A stretch of DNA of 64,000 nucleotides. It comes from an uncultured Chloroflexia bacterium (GTDB taxonomy: Bacteria > Chloroflexota > Limnocylindria > Limnocylindrales > CSP1-4). Below the pieces are notes generated by a model that saw only the letters and a program-made list of their open reading frames with translations, was not told the origin of the DNA and did not search any database. Position 1 is the first letter of the stretch. Each line of letters opens with the position of its first letter. A program made the translations under genes and the position numbers. Shown here piece by piece: positions 9,938-23,638 of the stretch. The stretch spans positions 384,001-448,000 of the forward strand of contig CAWEZH010000002.1 of NCBI GenBank assembly GCA_963813535.1. Direction: 5' to 3'.

Positions 9938-12598
9938 GTGAGCCCCAGGACCCGTCGCCGTCCCGGCGACCCCACCCTCGACGACGCCCTGGGGACCCCG
10001 GGGACCGTTGCCGCCGAGGTGCCGGATGTGGCCCCGGATGAGCCGGAATGGCTGCGCGACGCAGCCGCTGCAACGCCCGAGCGCGACCCGACCGCCCCTC
10101 CGGCACCCCCACCCGACCCCGAGGCGCTTGCCAAGCGTCGAGTCGAGCGCGAGGAGCAGATCCTCCGGGCGCTGAACCCGGAACAGGCGCGCGCCGTGAC
10201 CAGCACCGAAGGGCCGCTGTTGATCCTCGCCGGCGCCGGTTCGGGCAAGACGAGGGTGCTCGCGCACCGCATCGCCTACCTCGTCGGCGTCAAGGGTGTC
10301 CCGCCCTTCCGCATCCTCGCGGTCACGTTCACGAACAAGGCGGCCGCCGAGCTTCGGGAGCGGATCATCAGCCTGGTCGGGGAGGGCGGTCGTGACGTCC
10401 AGGCCGGCACGTTCCACGCCCTGTGTGCCCGCGTGCTCCGCCGCGACGGCGAGGCCATCGGCATCAGCCGCCGGTTCGTGATCTACGACACCGACGACCA
10501 GCAGGCGCTCATGAAGCAGATCCTGCGCGAGGAGGACATGCCGCTCACCGGCGAGTTCCGACCGAGCATCGTCCTCGGGGCGATCAGCCGTGCCAAGAAC
10601 GAGATGCTCGATCCCACGTTCCTCGCGGAGAACGCGGCGAACCACCGCGAACGGACGATCGCCCGGCTCGCGTCGCGCTACCAGCAGCGCCTCCAGACCG
10701 CTCGCGCACTCGATTTCGACGACCTCCTCCTGGAAGCCGTGCGACTGTTCGACGACGCCCCCGACGTCCTCGCCCGCTATCAGGACCGCTGGCACTACCT
10801 CCATGTCGACGAATACCAGGACACGAACCGCGCGCAGTACCTGTGGGTGAACGCGCTCGCCCGCAAGCGCGGCAACCTGGCCGTCGTCGGCGATGACGAC
10901 CAGTCGATCTACTCGTGGCGCGGCGCCGACCTGCGCAACATCCTCGACTTCGAGCGTGACTGGCCGAATGCCACGGTCGTGAAGCTCGAGCGCAACTACC
11001 GGTCGACCCAATTGATCCTCGATGCCGCGCACGCGGTCGTCTCGCGCAACACGGCGCGCAAGGACAAGAAGCTGTGGACCGACATCTCCGGCGGACTGAA
11101 GATCCAGCGGTTCGAGGCGTACAACGAGGAAGAGGAGGCCGAATGGATCGCCCGCCAGGTCGAGGCGCTCGTCGGCGGGCGCGGCACGGAGCTGACCCGA
11201 CGCGCTGACGAGAGCGAGGAGGACACGAGGTTCCGGGCACGCGATATCGCCGTCATGTACCGCATGAACGCCCAGTCCCGAGCGATCGAGGAGTCGTTCC
11301 TCCGGTACGGGCTGCGCTACCAGCTGATCGGCGGCACCCGGTTCTACGCCCGGCGCGAGGTGAAGGACGCCCTGGCCTACCTGCGCGTGCTGCGATCGGA
11401 CACCGACAGTGTCAGCTTCGAACGGATCATCAACGTCCCGGCGCGTTCGATCGGCGACAAGACGATCGAGGCGCTGCGTGCCGCCGCGGCGGCCGACGAC
11501 CCCGCCACCGGCGAGCCGGGCACGTACTGGGGCGCGATCGAACGGGGCGCGAGGGGCGACCTGCCTACCCTGGCGCCGCGCACGCGTAACGCGCTGGGCG
11601 AGTTCGTCGGACTGCTTCGTCGGATGCGGAGTCGGGTCGGGGTGCTGCCGCTGCCCGAGCTCCTCGATGAGGTCCTCGAGGCATCGGGCTACCGCGCGAT
11701 GCTGGCAGACGGGTCAGAGGAGGGCGAGGATCGCTGGGCGAACCTCCTCGAGCTGCGCTCGGTCACGACCCGCTACGACGACCTCGAGCCCGAGGACGCG
11801 CTCGATCGCCTGCTCGAGGAGACGGCCCTCGTGGCCGACCAGGACTCGTATGAAGGTGACGCCGACGCGGTCACGCTGATCACGCTCCACGCCGCGAAGG
11901 GCCTCGAGTTCCCGGTAGTGTTCATCGCCGGTCTGGAGGAGGGCCTGTTCCCCCACAGCCGTGCGCTCGACGACGAGCGCCAGCTCGAGGAGGAGCGCCG
12001 CCTGGCGTACGTCGGCATCACTCGCGCCAAGCGCCGGCTGTACCTGTCGCACGCATGGCGACGGGCGACGTGGGGGATGGGCCAGGCGTCGGTCCCGTCG
12101 CGGTTCCTGCTCGAGATCCCGGCCGAGCTGATGGTCGGCCCCAGGCTCGGGGGGATCGACGAGCCGGAGCGCGATCTCGACCTCGACCTCGTGTTCGGTC
12201 AACGCCGCACGACGCGCTTCAACACCCCGGTCCGCGGCCAGGGTCCGGCATACCGGCAGGGCAGCGGTCGGCCGGGCGCACCCCAGGCTGGCGAGGCCTT
12301 CCGGCCGAGCCGAGACCTTGCCGCACGGCGCGAGGCGTTCGAGGCCGGCGCCCCTTCCGGTTCGCTGGGAGGTCCGGTCACGACGGCACCGCCCGCCCGG
12401 CCGGCGCGACCCGTCATCCCGGGAGAGCGGCAGTTCCGCGACGGCGACCGCGTTCGCCACGGCCGCTGGGGTGACGGCATCGTGGTCACCTCCAAGCTGA
12501 CCAGGAGCGACGAGGAGATCACTGTCGCGTTCAAGGATCCCGGCATCGGGCGCAAGACGATGCTGGCCAGCCTCGCCAACCTGGAGATCGTCGGCTAG
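9938..12598 (+). CDS. pcrA: ATP-dependent DNA helicase PcrA/UvrD
   Basis: LNPEQ, AGAGSGKT, VTFTNKAA, VDEYQDTN, VGDDDQSIY, LHAAKGLEF, EEERRLAYVGITRA; C-terminal Tudor-like domain (GDRVRHGRWGDG). Confidence 0.96.
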   Translation: MSPRTRRRPGDPTLDDALGTPGTVAAEVPDVAPDEPEWLRDAAAATPERDPTAPPAPPPDPEALAKRRVEREEQILRALNPEQARAVTSTEGPLLILAGAGSGKTRVLAHRIAYLVGVKGVPPFRILAVTFTNKAAAELRERIISLVGEGGRDVQAGTFHALCARVLRRDGEAIGISRRFVIYDTDDQQALMKQILREEDMPLTGEFRPSIVLGAISRAKNEMLDPTFLAENAANHRERTIARLASRYQQRLQTARALDFDDLLLEAVRLFDDAPDVLARYQDRWHYLHVDEYQDTNRAQYLWVNALARKRGNLAVVGDDDQSIYSWRGADLRNILDFERDWPNATVVKLERNYRSTQLILDAAHAVVSRNTARKDKKLWTDISGGLKIQRFEAYNEEEEAEWIARQVEALVGGRGTELTRRADESEEDTRFRARDIAVMYRMNAQSRAIEESFLRYGLRYQLIGGTRFYARREVKDALAYLRVLRSDTDSVSFERIINVPARSIGDKTIEALRAAAAADDPATGEPGTYWGAIERGARGDLPTLAPRTRNALGEFVGLLRRMRSRVGVLPLPELLDEVLEASGYRAMLADGSEEGEDRWANLLELRSVTTRYDDLEPEDALDRLLEETALVADQDSYEGDADAVTLITLHAAKGLEFPVVFIAGLEEGLFPHSRALDDERQLEEERRLAYVGITRAKRRLYLSHAWRRATWGMGQASVPSRFLLEIPAELMVGPRLGGIDEPERDLDLDLVFGQRRTTRFNTPVRGQGPAYRQGSGRPGAPQAGEAFRPSRDLAARREAFEAGAPSGSLGGPVTTAPPARPARPVIPGERQFRDGDRVRHGRWGDGIVVTSKLTRSDEEITVAFKDPGIGRKTMLASLANLEIVG

Positions 12599-12608
12599 GG
12601 CGCCTGGG

Positions 12609-13220
12609 TCAAGCTTGCGCACCCGCGTCCACGAGCAGCGCCGCGATCGCCTCCTGGCCGCGTGCCCTCGCATGGGCCAACGGCCGCACCCCATCGCCGT
12701 CGGCCAGGTCCACGTCGGCGCCATGCTCGATCAGGAGCCGCACGATCTCCTGGTGACGCGGACCACCATCCGATAGGAGGATCGCCTCGAGCAGGGCGGT
12801 CCAGCCGAGTCTGTTGACGTGATCGACATCGACGTCGGATTCGGTGAGGAGATAGCGGACCACCTCGACGTGGCCGCGCTCGGAGGCGGGGATGAGCGCC
12901 ACGCCGCCGTACCGGTTGGTGATCGCCGGATCGGCGCCCGCCTCGTTGGCCAGCGTGAGGATGTCCAGCATGCCCTCGGCTCCGGCGTACAGGAACGGGT
13001 TGTCGCGCTGGGCGTCCTGGGCGTCGACATCGGCGCCGGCGTCGAGCAGCGCCTGCACGGCGTCCGTCGCCCGGGCGATCGTCGCCAGCATGATGGCCGG
13101 GGTACCCGCGGCGTCGCGGGTGGCCGGATCCGCCCCCAGGGCCACTGCCGCTCGGATGGCCGACACGTCGCCCGCCGCCGACGCCGCGAGGAGCCGCTGA
13201 TCCGCATCCGAGGGAGGCAT
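12609..13220 (-). CDS. Ankyrin-repeat protein
   Basis: Repeated ankyrin units (LLDAGADVD, GWTALLEA, LIEHGADVD, GVRPLAHA). Start moved to the ATG at 13220. Confidence 0.88.
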   Translation of the reverse strand: MPPSDADQRLLAASAAGDVSAIRAAVALGADPATRDAAGTPAIMLATIARATDAVQALLDAGADVDAQDAQRDNPFLYAGAEGMLDILTLANEAGADPAITNRYGGVALIPASERGHVEVVRYLLTESDVDVDHVNRLGWTALLEAILLSDGGPRHQEIVRLLIEHGADVDLADGDGVRPLAHARARGQEAIAALLVDAGAQA

Positions 13221-13255
13221 CGCCGTAGGGTAGTCGTTCGCCCTAGGATGGCGAC

Positions 13256-16500
<3,245 letters not shown>

Positions 16501-16521
16501 GCTCGGCCGGTCGGCCGTCGG

Positions 16522-17031
16522 TCAGCGGCGCCCGGTGGCGTAGCGCTCCATGAGTTCCGACACGGCGCCTCGGGCCGCCTGCCATTCCGGCTGATCGCCG
16601 AGGATCACGCCGTCCGGACCCCACTTCCGAAGCTGCGTCATGGCGGTGACGATCAGGTCGTGGGCCAGCTGGCGGTTGCGGCCGGCATCGATCTGACCGG
16701 TCACGAGGTAGCGACGCACGGTCTCGAACGGGGCCGTCCAGCGGCCCCAGCGGATCTTGTCACCTTCGCGCAGCGACTCGAGCCATTCGTCGTCGCCGAC
16801 CGGGTGGCGGTCGTGCTCGGCCATGTGGCGTCGCAGGTCCACGCGCAGGCCGGGGAGCTCGAGGCTGTCGGTGCGCCCGTCGTCGTCGACCGTTCGGTAG
16901 CAGATCGTGCAGCTGGGCAGTTCGGCGTCGGCACGCGGCGACTCGCCGTACGGGAGACCGCAACGACGGCAGAAGGTCGCATCGATGCGCGCGGCTGGCG
17001 TGCCGCACTGCAGACAACTGGTCACGATCAT
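16522..17031 (-). CDS. Hypothetical protein with N-terminal zinc ribbon
   Basis: CLQC..CRRC, then CTIC...HMAEH. Likely start MIVTSC at 17031; same strand as and downstream of the GNAT gene. Confidence 0.65.
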   Translation of the reverse strand: MIVTSCLQCGTPAARIDATFCRRCGLPYGESPRADAELPSCTICYRTVDDDGRTDSLELPGLRVDLRRHMAEHDRHPVGDDEWLESLREGDKIRWGRWTAPFETVRRYLVTGQIDAGRNRQLAHDLIVTAMTQLRKWGPDGVILGDQPEWQAARGAVSELMERYATGRR

Positions 17032-17110
17032 CGATGTGTAGCGTCGCCGCACCGGGGCGAGCGGACCATCCCACCATCGGAGCCGTCCGCCCCGGACCCT
17101 TGGGTCAGCG

Positions 17111-17929
17111 CTATCCCATCGCGTGGTTGAACTGGCCCCAGAGCTGCGCCGGTCGCCACACGATCGGCGAACCGCGCACAAGCCGCGGGGCACGCCACGC
17201 CTCCGTCCAGCCGTCGCGCTCCAGGGCCTCGGCCCCGCGTTCGTTCTCGAGAAGGATCCCGCAGCGCACGCGTCGCTCCGGCGGTGTTGTGTGGCGCCGA
17301 GCGCGGAGGATCGCGAGCGCGTCATCGACGAGCGGCGCGACGGTCGCACCGCCACCCCACGGTGCGCGCACCAGGAAGCCGTCGATGGCACCGTCCTCGG
17401 ACTCCAGGACACGACTGCCTTCGGACGTTGCCAACGCCGCGATGACCGCCGCCCGGTCCTCGCCGGTCGCGACTCGGTCCAGCGCAGCCATGCCGTCGAG
17501 ATCGGTCGGCCTGAACGCCCGGATGGGCCCGTTCCGAACCACGGCGTCCGGCCCGAGACCCGCCGCCTCGAATGTCCGGTACCAGGTCTGCACCTCGAAC
17601 CCGAGGAGCTCATACATGGGCCGACCACGATCCGTGGCCACCAAGACGAGCGTGCGCGCCCCGGCCGCGTCGGCGGCATCGATGACCGCCTGCGTCAGCG
17701 CGCGGCCGAGCCCGTGTCGTCGATGCGCCGGCGCGACCCAGATCGTCCCGATCCAGGCCACCGGTCCATTCACGGTCGCGACCCCCGTGCCGACGATGGT
17801 GTTGTCCGCCTCCGCGACGACCACGTGACAGGCCGGCGAGCGCAGCGCGAAGTCGAACCACGAGCGGCGGTCGCCCCACTGGTCGGCGAGGATCGCGCTG
17901 GCGGCCGGCTCGAGGTCGGCGGCCGTCAT
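17111..17929 (-). CDS. GNAT-family N-acetyltransferase (two-domain)
   Basis: VAPAHRRHGLGRAL acetyl-CoA motif, ATDRGRPMYELLGF. Confidence 0.88.
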   Translation of the reverse strand: MTAADLEPAASAILADQWGDRRSWFDFALRSPACHVVVAEADNTIVGTGVATVNGPVAWIGTIWVAPAHRRHGLGRALTQAVIDAADAAGARTLVLVATDRGRPMYELLGFEVQTWYRTFEAAGLGPDAVVRNGPIRAFRPTDLDGMAALDRVATGEDRAAVIAALATSEGSRVLESEDGAIDGFLVRAPWGGGATVAPLVDDALAILRARRHTTPPERRVRCGILLENERGAEALERDGWTEAWRAPRLVRGSPIVWRPAQLWGQFNHAMG

Positions 17930-17973
17930 GGGTCGAAGCCGCGGGTGGACGGGCACGCGGCTATCATCGGTCG

Positions 17974-18270
17974 ATGGCCACCTTGTCGCGCGCCGACGTC
18001 GAACACGTCGCCCATCTGGCCCGGCTCGGCCTGACCGAGGACGAGCTCGCCACGCTCGAGGGTCAGCTCAACCACATCCTCGACCAGTACGCGATCCTCG
18101 CGACCGTCCCGACCGACCACATCGCGCCGACCGCCCAGACGATCGAGCTCGAGAACATCCTCCGCGACGATGTCGCCCGGCCTTCCCTGCCGGTCGAGGC
18201 GGTGCTCTCCAATACCGCCGATCACGACGACGCGTTCATCGTGGTGCCGGCCATCCTCGGCGGCGAGTGA
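17974..18270 (+). CDS. gatC: Asp/Glu-tRNA amidotransferase subunit C
   Basis: VEHVAHLARL, ENILRDD, FIVVPAIL; overlaps gatA. Confidence 0.95.
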   Translation: MATLSRADVEHVAHLARLGLTEDELATLEGQLNHILDQYAILATVPTDHIAPTAQTIELENILRDDVARPSLPVEAVLSNTADHDDAFIVVPAILGGE

Positions 18271-19850
18271 CGGACCTCACGCGCCTCCGTGCGCATGAGA
18301 TGGCCGCCCGTCTGCGCGCGGGCGAGGTGTCGTCGCGTGAGCTGACCGAGGCGCATCTCGATCTTGCCGAGCGGCAGGACCGCGGCCTGCACGCCTGGCT
18401 GAGCATCGATCGCGAGCGCGCGCTGGAGGAGGCGGACCGCGCCGACGCCCGGCTGCGGGACGGCACGAGCGCAGGGAGCGCGGAGACGCTCCATCCGATG
18501 CTGGGCATCCCGGTCGCCCTCAAGGACCTCGTGTCGGTCAGGGGCGGTCAGGCTACGGCCGGGTCGCGCATCCTCGAGGGGTATCGCGCGCCGTACGACG
18601 CCCATATCACCGAGCGCCTTCGAGCTGTCGGGGCGGTGATCCTCGGCAAGACCAACATGGACGAGTTCGCGATGGGCTCGTCGACCGAGCACTCCGCGTA
18701 TGGCCCGACCGCGAATCCATGGGCACTCGATCGCGTGCCGGGCGGGTCGAGCGGTGGTTCGGCGTCGGCCGTCGCCGCGTTCCACGCCCCCGTCTCGATC
18801 GGCACCGATACCGGCGGGTCGATCCGCCAGCCGGCGGCATTGACCGGCATCGTCGGCATCAAGCCGACCTATGGCCGCGTGAGCCGCTACGGCATCGTCG
18901 CGTTCGCGAGCTCACTCGACCAGATCGGTCCGTTCGCCCGCGATACCCGCGACGCCGCGGCACTGTTGCACGCGGTCGCTGGGCGGGACGAGCGCGATTC
19001 GACCTCGTCGCCGGAACCGGTACCCGAGTCGCTCCTGCGGCTGCCGATCGACGACGACCAGGCCGCCGGGTCGCTTCGTGGCAAGCGGCTGGGGCTCCCA
19101 CGCGAGTATTTCGTCGCGGGCATGGAGCCGGGCGTCGAGGCGCGCGTGCGAGAGGCGGTCGCCGCCCTCGAAGCGGCCGGCGCCCAGGTCGAGGAGGTGT
19201 CGCTGCCGCATACCGAGTACGGCCTCGCCACCTACTACATCGTCGCGCCCGCGGAGGCCTCGGCCAACCTGGCGCGCTACGACGGCATCCGCTTCGGGCC
19301 ACGGCTCGGCGAGGGCCGGGATGTGCTGGGCGACTACCTCGCGACCCGTGGCCGCGGGTTCGGGCCCGAGGTGAAGCGGCGCGTGATGCTCGGCACCTAC
19401 GCGCTCTCAGCGGGCTACTACGACGCCTATTACCTGAAGGCGCAGAAGGTGCGCACGCTGATCAAGGGCGACTTCGACGCGTTGTGGGCCCAAGGCTTCG
19501 ACGCGCTCGTCGCACCGACCTCGCCGACGGTCGCGTTCCGGTTCGGTGCCCGGCTCGAGGATCCCGTGGCGATGTACCTCTCGGATGCCTGCACGTTGCC
19601 CGTGAACATGGCGGGCTTGCCGGGCATCTCGATCCCCGCCGGGCTGTCCGAGGGCCTGCCGGTGGGTCTCCAGTTCATCGGCGCTCCGTGGTCGGAACCC
19701 GCGTTGTTCGAGCTCGCCCGCGGGTATGAGGGCATCACGTCGACAGCCGACTGGCGGACCGTCGAGCCGACAGACCTGCCGGCCCTGGACGACCCATCGG
19801 CGCCGTCCCCGGCCGAGCGGATGGCCGCCTTGTCGGTGGTCGACCGATAG
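18267..19850 (+). CDS. gatA: Asp/Glu-tRNA amidotransferase subunit A
   Basis: GKTNMDEFAMGSSTE, GGSSGGSA, GTDTGGSIRQPA, EVKRRVMLGTYALS. GTG start overlaps the gatC stop. Confidence 0.97.
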   Translation: MTDLTRLRAHEMAARLRAGEVSSRELTEAHLDLAERQDRGLHAWLSIDRERALEEADRADARLRDGTSAGSAETLHPMLGIPVALKDLVSVRGGQATAGSRILEGYRAPYDAHITERLRAVGAVILGKTNMDEFAMGSSTEHSAYGPTANPWALDRVPGGSSGGSASAVAAFHAPVSIGTDTGGSIRQPAALTGIVGIKPTYGRVSRYGIVAFASSLDQIGPFARDTRDAAALLHAVAGRDERDSTSSPEPVPESLLRLPIDDDQAAGSLRGKRLGLPREYFVAGMEPGVEARVREAVAALEAAGAQVEEVSLPHTEYGLATYYIVAPAEASANLARYDGIRFGPRLGEGRDVLGDYLATRGRGFGPEVKRRVMLGTYALSAGYYDAYYLKAQKVRTLIKGDFDALWAQGFDALVAPTSPTVAFRFGARLEDPVAMYLSDACTLPVNMAGLPGISIPAGLSEGLPVGLQFIGAPWSEPALFELARGYEGITSTADWRTVEPTDLPALDDPSAPSPAERMAALSVVDR

Positions 19851-19957
19851 TCCTTTCGGGCGGTCGGAAGGGACGACGGCCATCAAGTACGATGCATCTG
19901 TCCTAATCCCGGCGGTCGCCGTCACGACCGCCGACCGTCACTGCAGGGGGGATTCCC

Positions 19958-20188
19958 GTGGAGCCGTCCGTCGCCGTCCTGTTCATGTCCGGGATCATGC
20001 TCACCATCGTCGGCTCGGGTCGGGCCTTGGCCATCGTGCGCGTCACGCGCGGCGTCGTCGCGAACGAGCGCGGCGGCACCCAGCCGCTCCCACTCCACGA
20101 GCGATCCGATGTCGCCACGTTGGCGTGGCTCGCCGTGTCGCTGTACGGGCTGATCCTCGCGACGGCCGGAGTCCTGTTCGGCCGCTGA
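19958..20188 (+). CDS. Small hypothetical membrane protein (2 TM)
   Basis: Two hydrophobic stretches, G-rich RBS, fills the gap and converges on the GH116 gene. Confidence 0.5.
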   Translation: MEPSVAVLFMSGIMLTIVGSGRALAIVRVTRGVVANERGGTQPLPLHERSDVATLAWLAVSLYGLILATAGVLFGR

Positions 20189-20190
20189 CG

Positions 20191-22548
20191 CTAGGCGCGC
20201 GGTTCCGATCGTCGGCGCCGCAGCGCCTCCTCGATCGCCCAGATCGCCAACGGGCGGAGGTAGATCGACGCCCGAAAATCGCCGTTCTCGTCGTAGGCCT
20301 CGGGGGTCCGGAACCAGAGGCCGCGTTCGTACGTGACTTGGGCGGCGCCGCGTGCGGTCTCCCAGCCTTCCGCGTCGAGTCCGCGACCGATCATGAACGC
20401 GGCGAGGGCATACGTCGTGCCGACCCACACCTCGGCCGACTGCTCGCTGGATGCGTCCACCGATCCATCCGGGCGCATCCCGTTGACGGCGCCCATGCGA
20501 CCGCCGCCGAACCGACGCACGTTGTTCGCGTGGATCGTCCGCAGCGCAGCGTCCACGCGGTCCGCCGGGAGCAGGTCGCCGAGCCCGGTCACGTCCCCGT
20601 ACCACTGCCCGCAGAGCTGGTCGGCCATGATGCTCGTCGAGCTCGCGCCGCCACCGTCGTCGTACGCGTAATACCCGTTCCGCCAGAGCCGCCGGTCATA
20701 GGCGACCTGCGCCCGCTCGAACCAGCCCGCCCAGTGGCGCTCGGCCTCGACATCCCCGAGGCATCCGGCCATCCGTTCTGCAGCCGCGGTGGCCGCGAGC
20801 CAGAGTGAGCCGCCGTAGGCGGACGGGCCGTGCATCGGCCACGTGTCGTAGGTCTGATCAGGCTCGCCATCGTGTTCGGGGAGGCCGTCGCCGTCCCTGT
20901 CGGAGGCCGCGAGCCGTCGCAGCACCGCATCGACGGTCGGGAAGACCTCGCGGATCAGGGCCTTGCCGTCCGGTCCGGCCGCAACCGCGTCGCGCCAGGC
21001 CTGGAGGACGAACTTCGGTCCGAGGTCCTTCCAGCCGTTGACGTCCTGGAACCGGTACCAATTCGGCCGATGGAACGGGTCGTCGCCGGGCCCGCCCACG
21101 TCGTGCGGCACCGTGCCGGCGAGCTTGCGCGGGGCGTCGCGACCGGATGCCGTGATGCTGACGAGGGACGGGTCGTCGATGGGGATCGTCGCCAGGAGGT
21201 CGCGGATCCCGCGCAGCTCCAGGTCAGGGAACAGCTCGAGCATCGCGAAGGACGCGTAGAAGTCCACATCGACCGTGTCGTAGAAGGGGTAGTCGACACA
21301 CTCGAGCATCGCGAAACGCCCGACGTCGTCAGGGCCGGGGAGCGGACCGCCGACCTCACCCGCCTCCCAGAACGTGCCGCCGTCGATGAGGAAGTACAGC
21401 TCGTTAAAGAGTGCCGCCCGGTACCACGCGGGCCGGTCCGGATCTTCCAGGACCGGTCCCTGCCAGGCCTCGATGGCCGCCCGCCACGATGGCGTCTCGG
21501 TCAGGGCGTGGACGGCAAGGTCCCACGCCCGGCCGCCGGACCGACCCCAGTCGCGCGTGTACCGCTTCCACCAGCGCCGACCGGACCCGAACTCGACCAT
21601 CGGCAGATCCCACGCCAGGGCGAACCGAACCGACCGGCGTTCGCCCGGTGCGAGGACCGTGGTCGCCGCGAGCGCGGCACCTGCCGGCCCGGCCGTTGGG
21701 GGATCGGACCGGGCCGGCGGCGCCTGGTCAAGGCGGCCATCGGTGGCGAAGTCGTTCCAGAGGTCGGTATCCGCGACGGGATCGAAGGAGGTGGCCGTCG
21801 AAACGTCCCAGCCGTGGTCAGCCGATGCGGCAAGGGCCACGGTGCCGCGCAGGACCGTCGGTGCGGGATCGCCCGGGTCGGCGAACTCCACGCCATCGAT
21901 CGATGCGCCGTCGGAGCGGTGGACGTGTGCTCGACGGGGCGGGCGACCGTGGTCGGGTCCACCGGGAGGGTCGGCGAAGCTCGCCAGGAGCCCGATCGTG
22001 ACCGGCTCGGACGACGCGTTCTCGACCCACCACTCGAACACACCGACCGGCAGCGCGCTGCGCTCGAGGTCGCCTGCGATGACCGGCGAGAGCTGCTCGC
22101 CGACGAGTCGCACCCCGACGACCTCTGGTTCGAAGGTCTGCCACGCACGTGGGAAGAGCGCGTGATAGGTCCCGCCACCGACCGGCACGTTCCAGCCCCA
22201 GTCGGGCAGGTCGGCGGTCGGCGGGCGGACGCCCAGCACCGTGGCCTGCGAGGTCCCATCGGGGCGGCCGACGAACAGCGCGAATCCATCGGCGGCGACC
22301 GGCTCGAACCGATGGCGCCCGACGTCGAGATGCCAGCGCGACACGTCCCCTCGGAACGTGCGCCCGATGCTCCCCGTGCCGAGACCGCCGATCGGCACGC
22401 CCGCCCATTCGCCGTCGTCCAGCATCGGGCTGCTGACCCGCGGCCGCCCGACGGTCGGACACGGTTCACCGATGCGCCGTTGCCAGGCGACCTCGGGGAT
22501 GACGGGCCAGTCGAGGTCGGTGTCGCGGTCGGCCTCCTCGACCGTCAC
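20191..22548 (-). CDS. GH116 beta-glucosidase (GBA2/glucosylceramidase-like)
   Basis: GVPIGGLGTGSIGRTFRG, ALFNELY, LECVDYPFYDTVDVDFY, PHDVG, WKDLGPKF, PDQTYDTW, EVWVG, FRTPEA, YLRPLAIW. Confidence 0.92.
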   Translation of the reverse strand: MTVEEADRDTDLDWPVIPEVAWQRRIGEPCPTVGRPRVSSPMLDDGEWAGVPIGGLGTGSIGRTFRGDVSRWHLDVGRHRFEPVAADGFALFVGRPDGTSQATVLGVRPPTADLPDWGWNVPVGGGTYHALFPRAWQTFEPEVVGVRLVGEQLSPVIAGDLERSALPVGVFEWWVENASSEPVTIGLLASFADPPGGPDHGRPPRRAHVHRSDGASIDGVEFADPGDPAPTVLRGTVALAASADHGWDVSTATSFDPVADTDLWNDFATDGRLDQAPPARSDPPTAGPAGAALAATTVLAPGERRSVRFALAWDLPMVEFGSGRRWWKRYTRDWGRSGGRAWDLAVHALTETPSWRAAIEAWQGPVLEDPDRPAWYRAALFNELYFLIDGGTFWEAGEVGGPLPGPDDVGRFAMLECVDYPFYDTVDVDFYASFAMLELFPDLELRGIRDLLATIPIDDPSLVSITASGRDAPRKLAGTVPHDVGGPGDDPFHRPNWYRFQDVNGWKDLGPKFVLQAWRDAVAAGPDGKALIREVFPTVDAVLRRLAASDRDGDGLPEHDGEPDQTYDTWPMHGPSAYGGSLWLAATAAAERMAGCLGDVEAERHWAGWFERAQVAYDRRLWRNGYYAYDDGGGASSTSIMADQLCGQWYGDVTGLGDLLPADRVDAALRTIHANNVRRFGGGRMGAVNGMRPDGSVDASSEQSAEVWVGTTYALAAFMIGRGLDAEGWETARGAAQVTYERGLWFRTPEAYDENGDFRASIYLRPLAIWAIEEALRRRRSEPRA

Positions 22549-22558
22549 CGCGCGACCG

Positions 22559-23638
22559 TCATTTCTCGACCCCGGTCATCACGACGCCGCGCATGAAGGC
22601 GCGCTGGGACAGGAAGAACACGACGACGGGCACGAGGATCGCGAGGATGGCGCTCGCCTGGACGAGCGGTGGGCGGGTCACGTACAGCGCGGCGAACTTC
22701 TGCATGCCGAGCGACAACGGCCACAGGTCCGGGTTGCCGCCGACGTACACCAGCGACATCAGGAACTCGTTCCACGCGAAGAAGAAGTGGAACAGGGTGA
22801 CCGCCACGATCGCCGGGATCGCCTGGGGCGCGACCACCGACACGAGGATGCGGAACGGGCTGGCGCCGTCGATCATCGCCGCCTCGTCGAGATCGGTCGG
22901 GATCGTCAGGAAGTACTGGCGCAGCAGGAACACGTTGTAGGCGTTCGCGAAGAAGTGGGGGACGATGAGCGGTAGCCACGTGCCGGTCCAGCCGAGCCGC
23001 GTGAACAGGATGTAGGTCGGGACGAGGGTGACCTGGGCACTCAGCATGATCGTGGAGAGCAGCACGACGAACAGCGGCCCACGTCCGCGGAACCGGAAGC
23101 GCGAGAACCCGTACGCGACCAGGACGGCCGAGCCGACCGCCCCGATCGTGCTGACCACCGCGATGATGGCCGTGTTCCGGAGCAGTTTCGGGAACTCGAT
23201 CTGCTCCCACGCGATCGCGAAGTTCTCGACCTTCGGATCGAACGCGTATGCCGGCTCGAGGGAACGCCAGCGTCCCTCCCAGGTGAACGTGCCGGCGGCC
23301 GGGTTCGCCGGGTCGACCATCACCGACGACTCGCGACCCTTCTGCACGATCGCGAGCTCGCGCACCACGCCATCGATCGGCACCGCGTAGATCGGCAGCG
23401 CCTCGCCCTCGTACGTGAATGTCCGGGCCGAAGCCGGGTAGAGCGGCGCGGCCGGATCGGCGACCTGGGTCTGGTCCTTGAGCGAGGTCAGCGCCATGTA
23501 GGCGAGCGGCATGAGGAAGGCCGACAGGATCGCCAGCGCGACGAGGAAGATCGCCGCCCGTCCGGTGAAGCGCCGCACCGAGCGCTGGAACGACGTGCTC
23601 GCGACGGCGGCCGGTGCGGGGCGCGGGATCGCGGTCAT
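22559..23638 (-). CDS. Carbohydrate ABC transporter permease (MalG-like)
   Basis: EAA loop LDEAAMIDGA; FLLRQYF; ATGA overlap with the upstream permease. Confidence 0.92.
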   Translation of the reverse strand: MTAIPRPAPAAVASTSFQRSVRRFTGRAAIFLVALAILSAFLMPLAYMALTSLKDQTQVADPAAPLYPASARTFTYEGEALPIYAVPIDGVVRELAIVQKGRESSVMVDPANPAAGTFTWEGRWRSLEPAYAFDPKVENFAIAWEQIEFPKLLRNTAIIAVVSTIGAVGSAVLVAYGFSRFRFRGRGPLFVVLLSTIMLSAQVTLVPTYILFTRLGWTGTWLPLIVPHFFANAYNVFLLRQYFLTIPTDLDEAAMIDGASPFRILVSVVAPQAIPAIVAVTLFHFFFAWNEFLMSLVYVGGNPDLWPLSLGMQKFAALYVTRPPLVQASAILAILVPVVVFFLSQRAFMRGVVMTGVEK

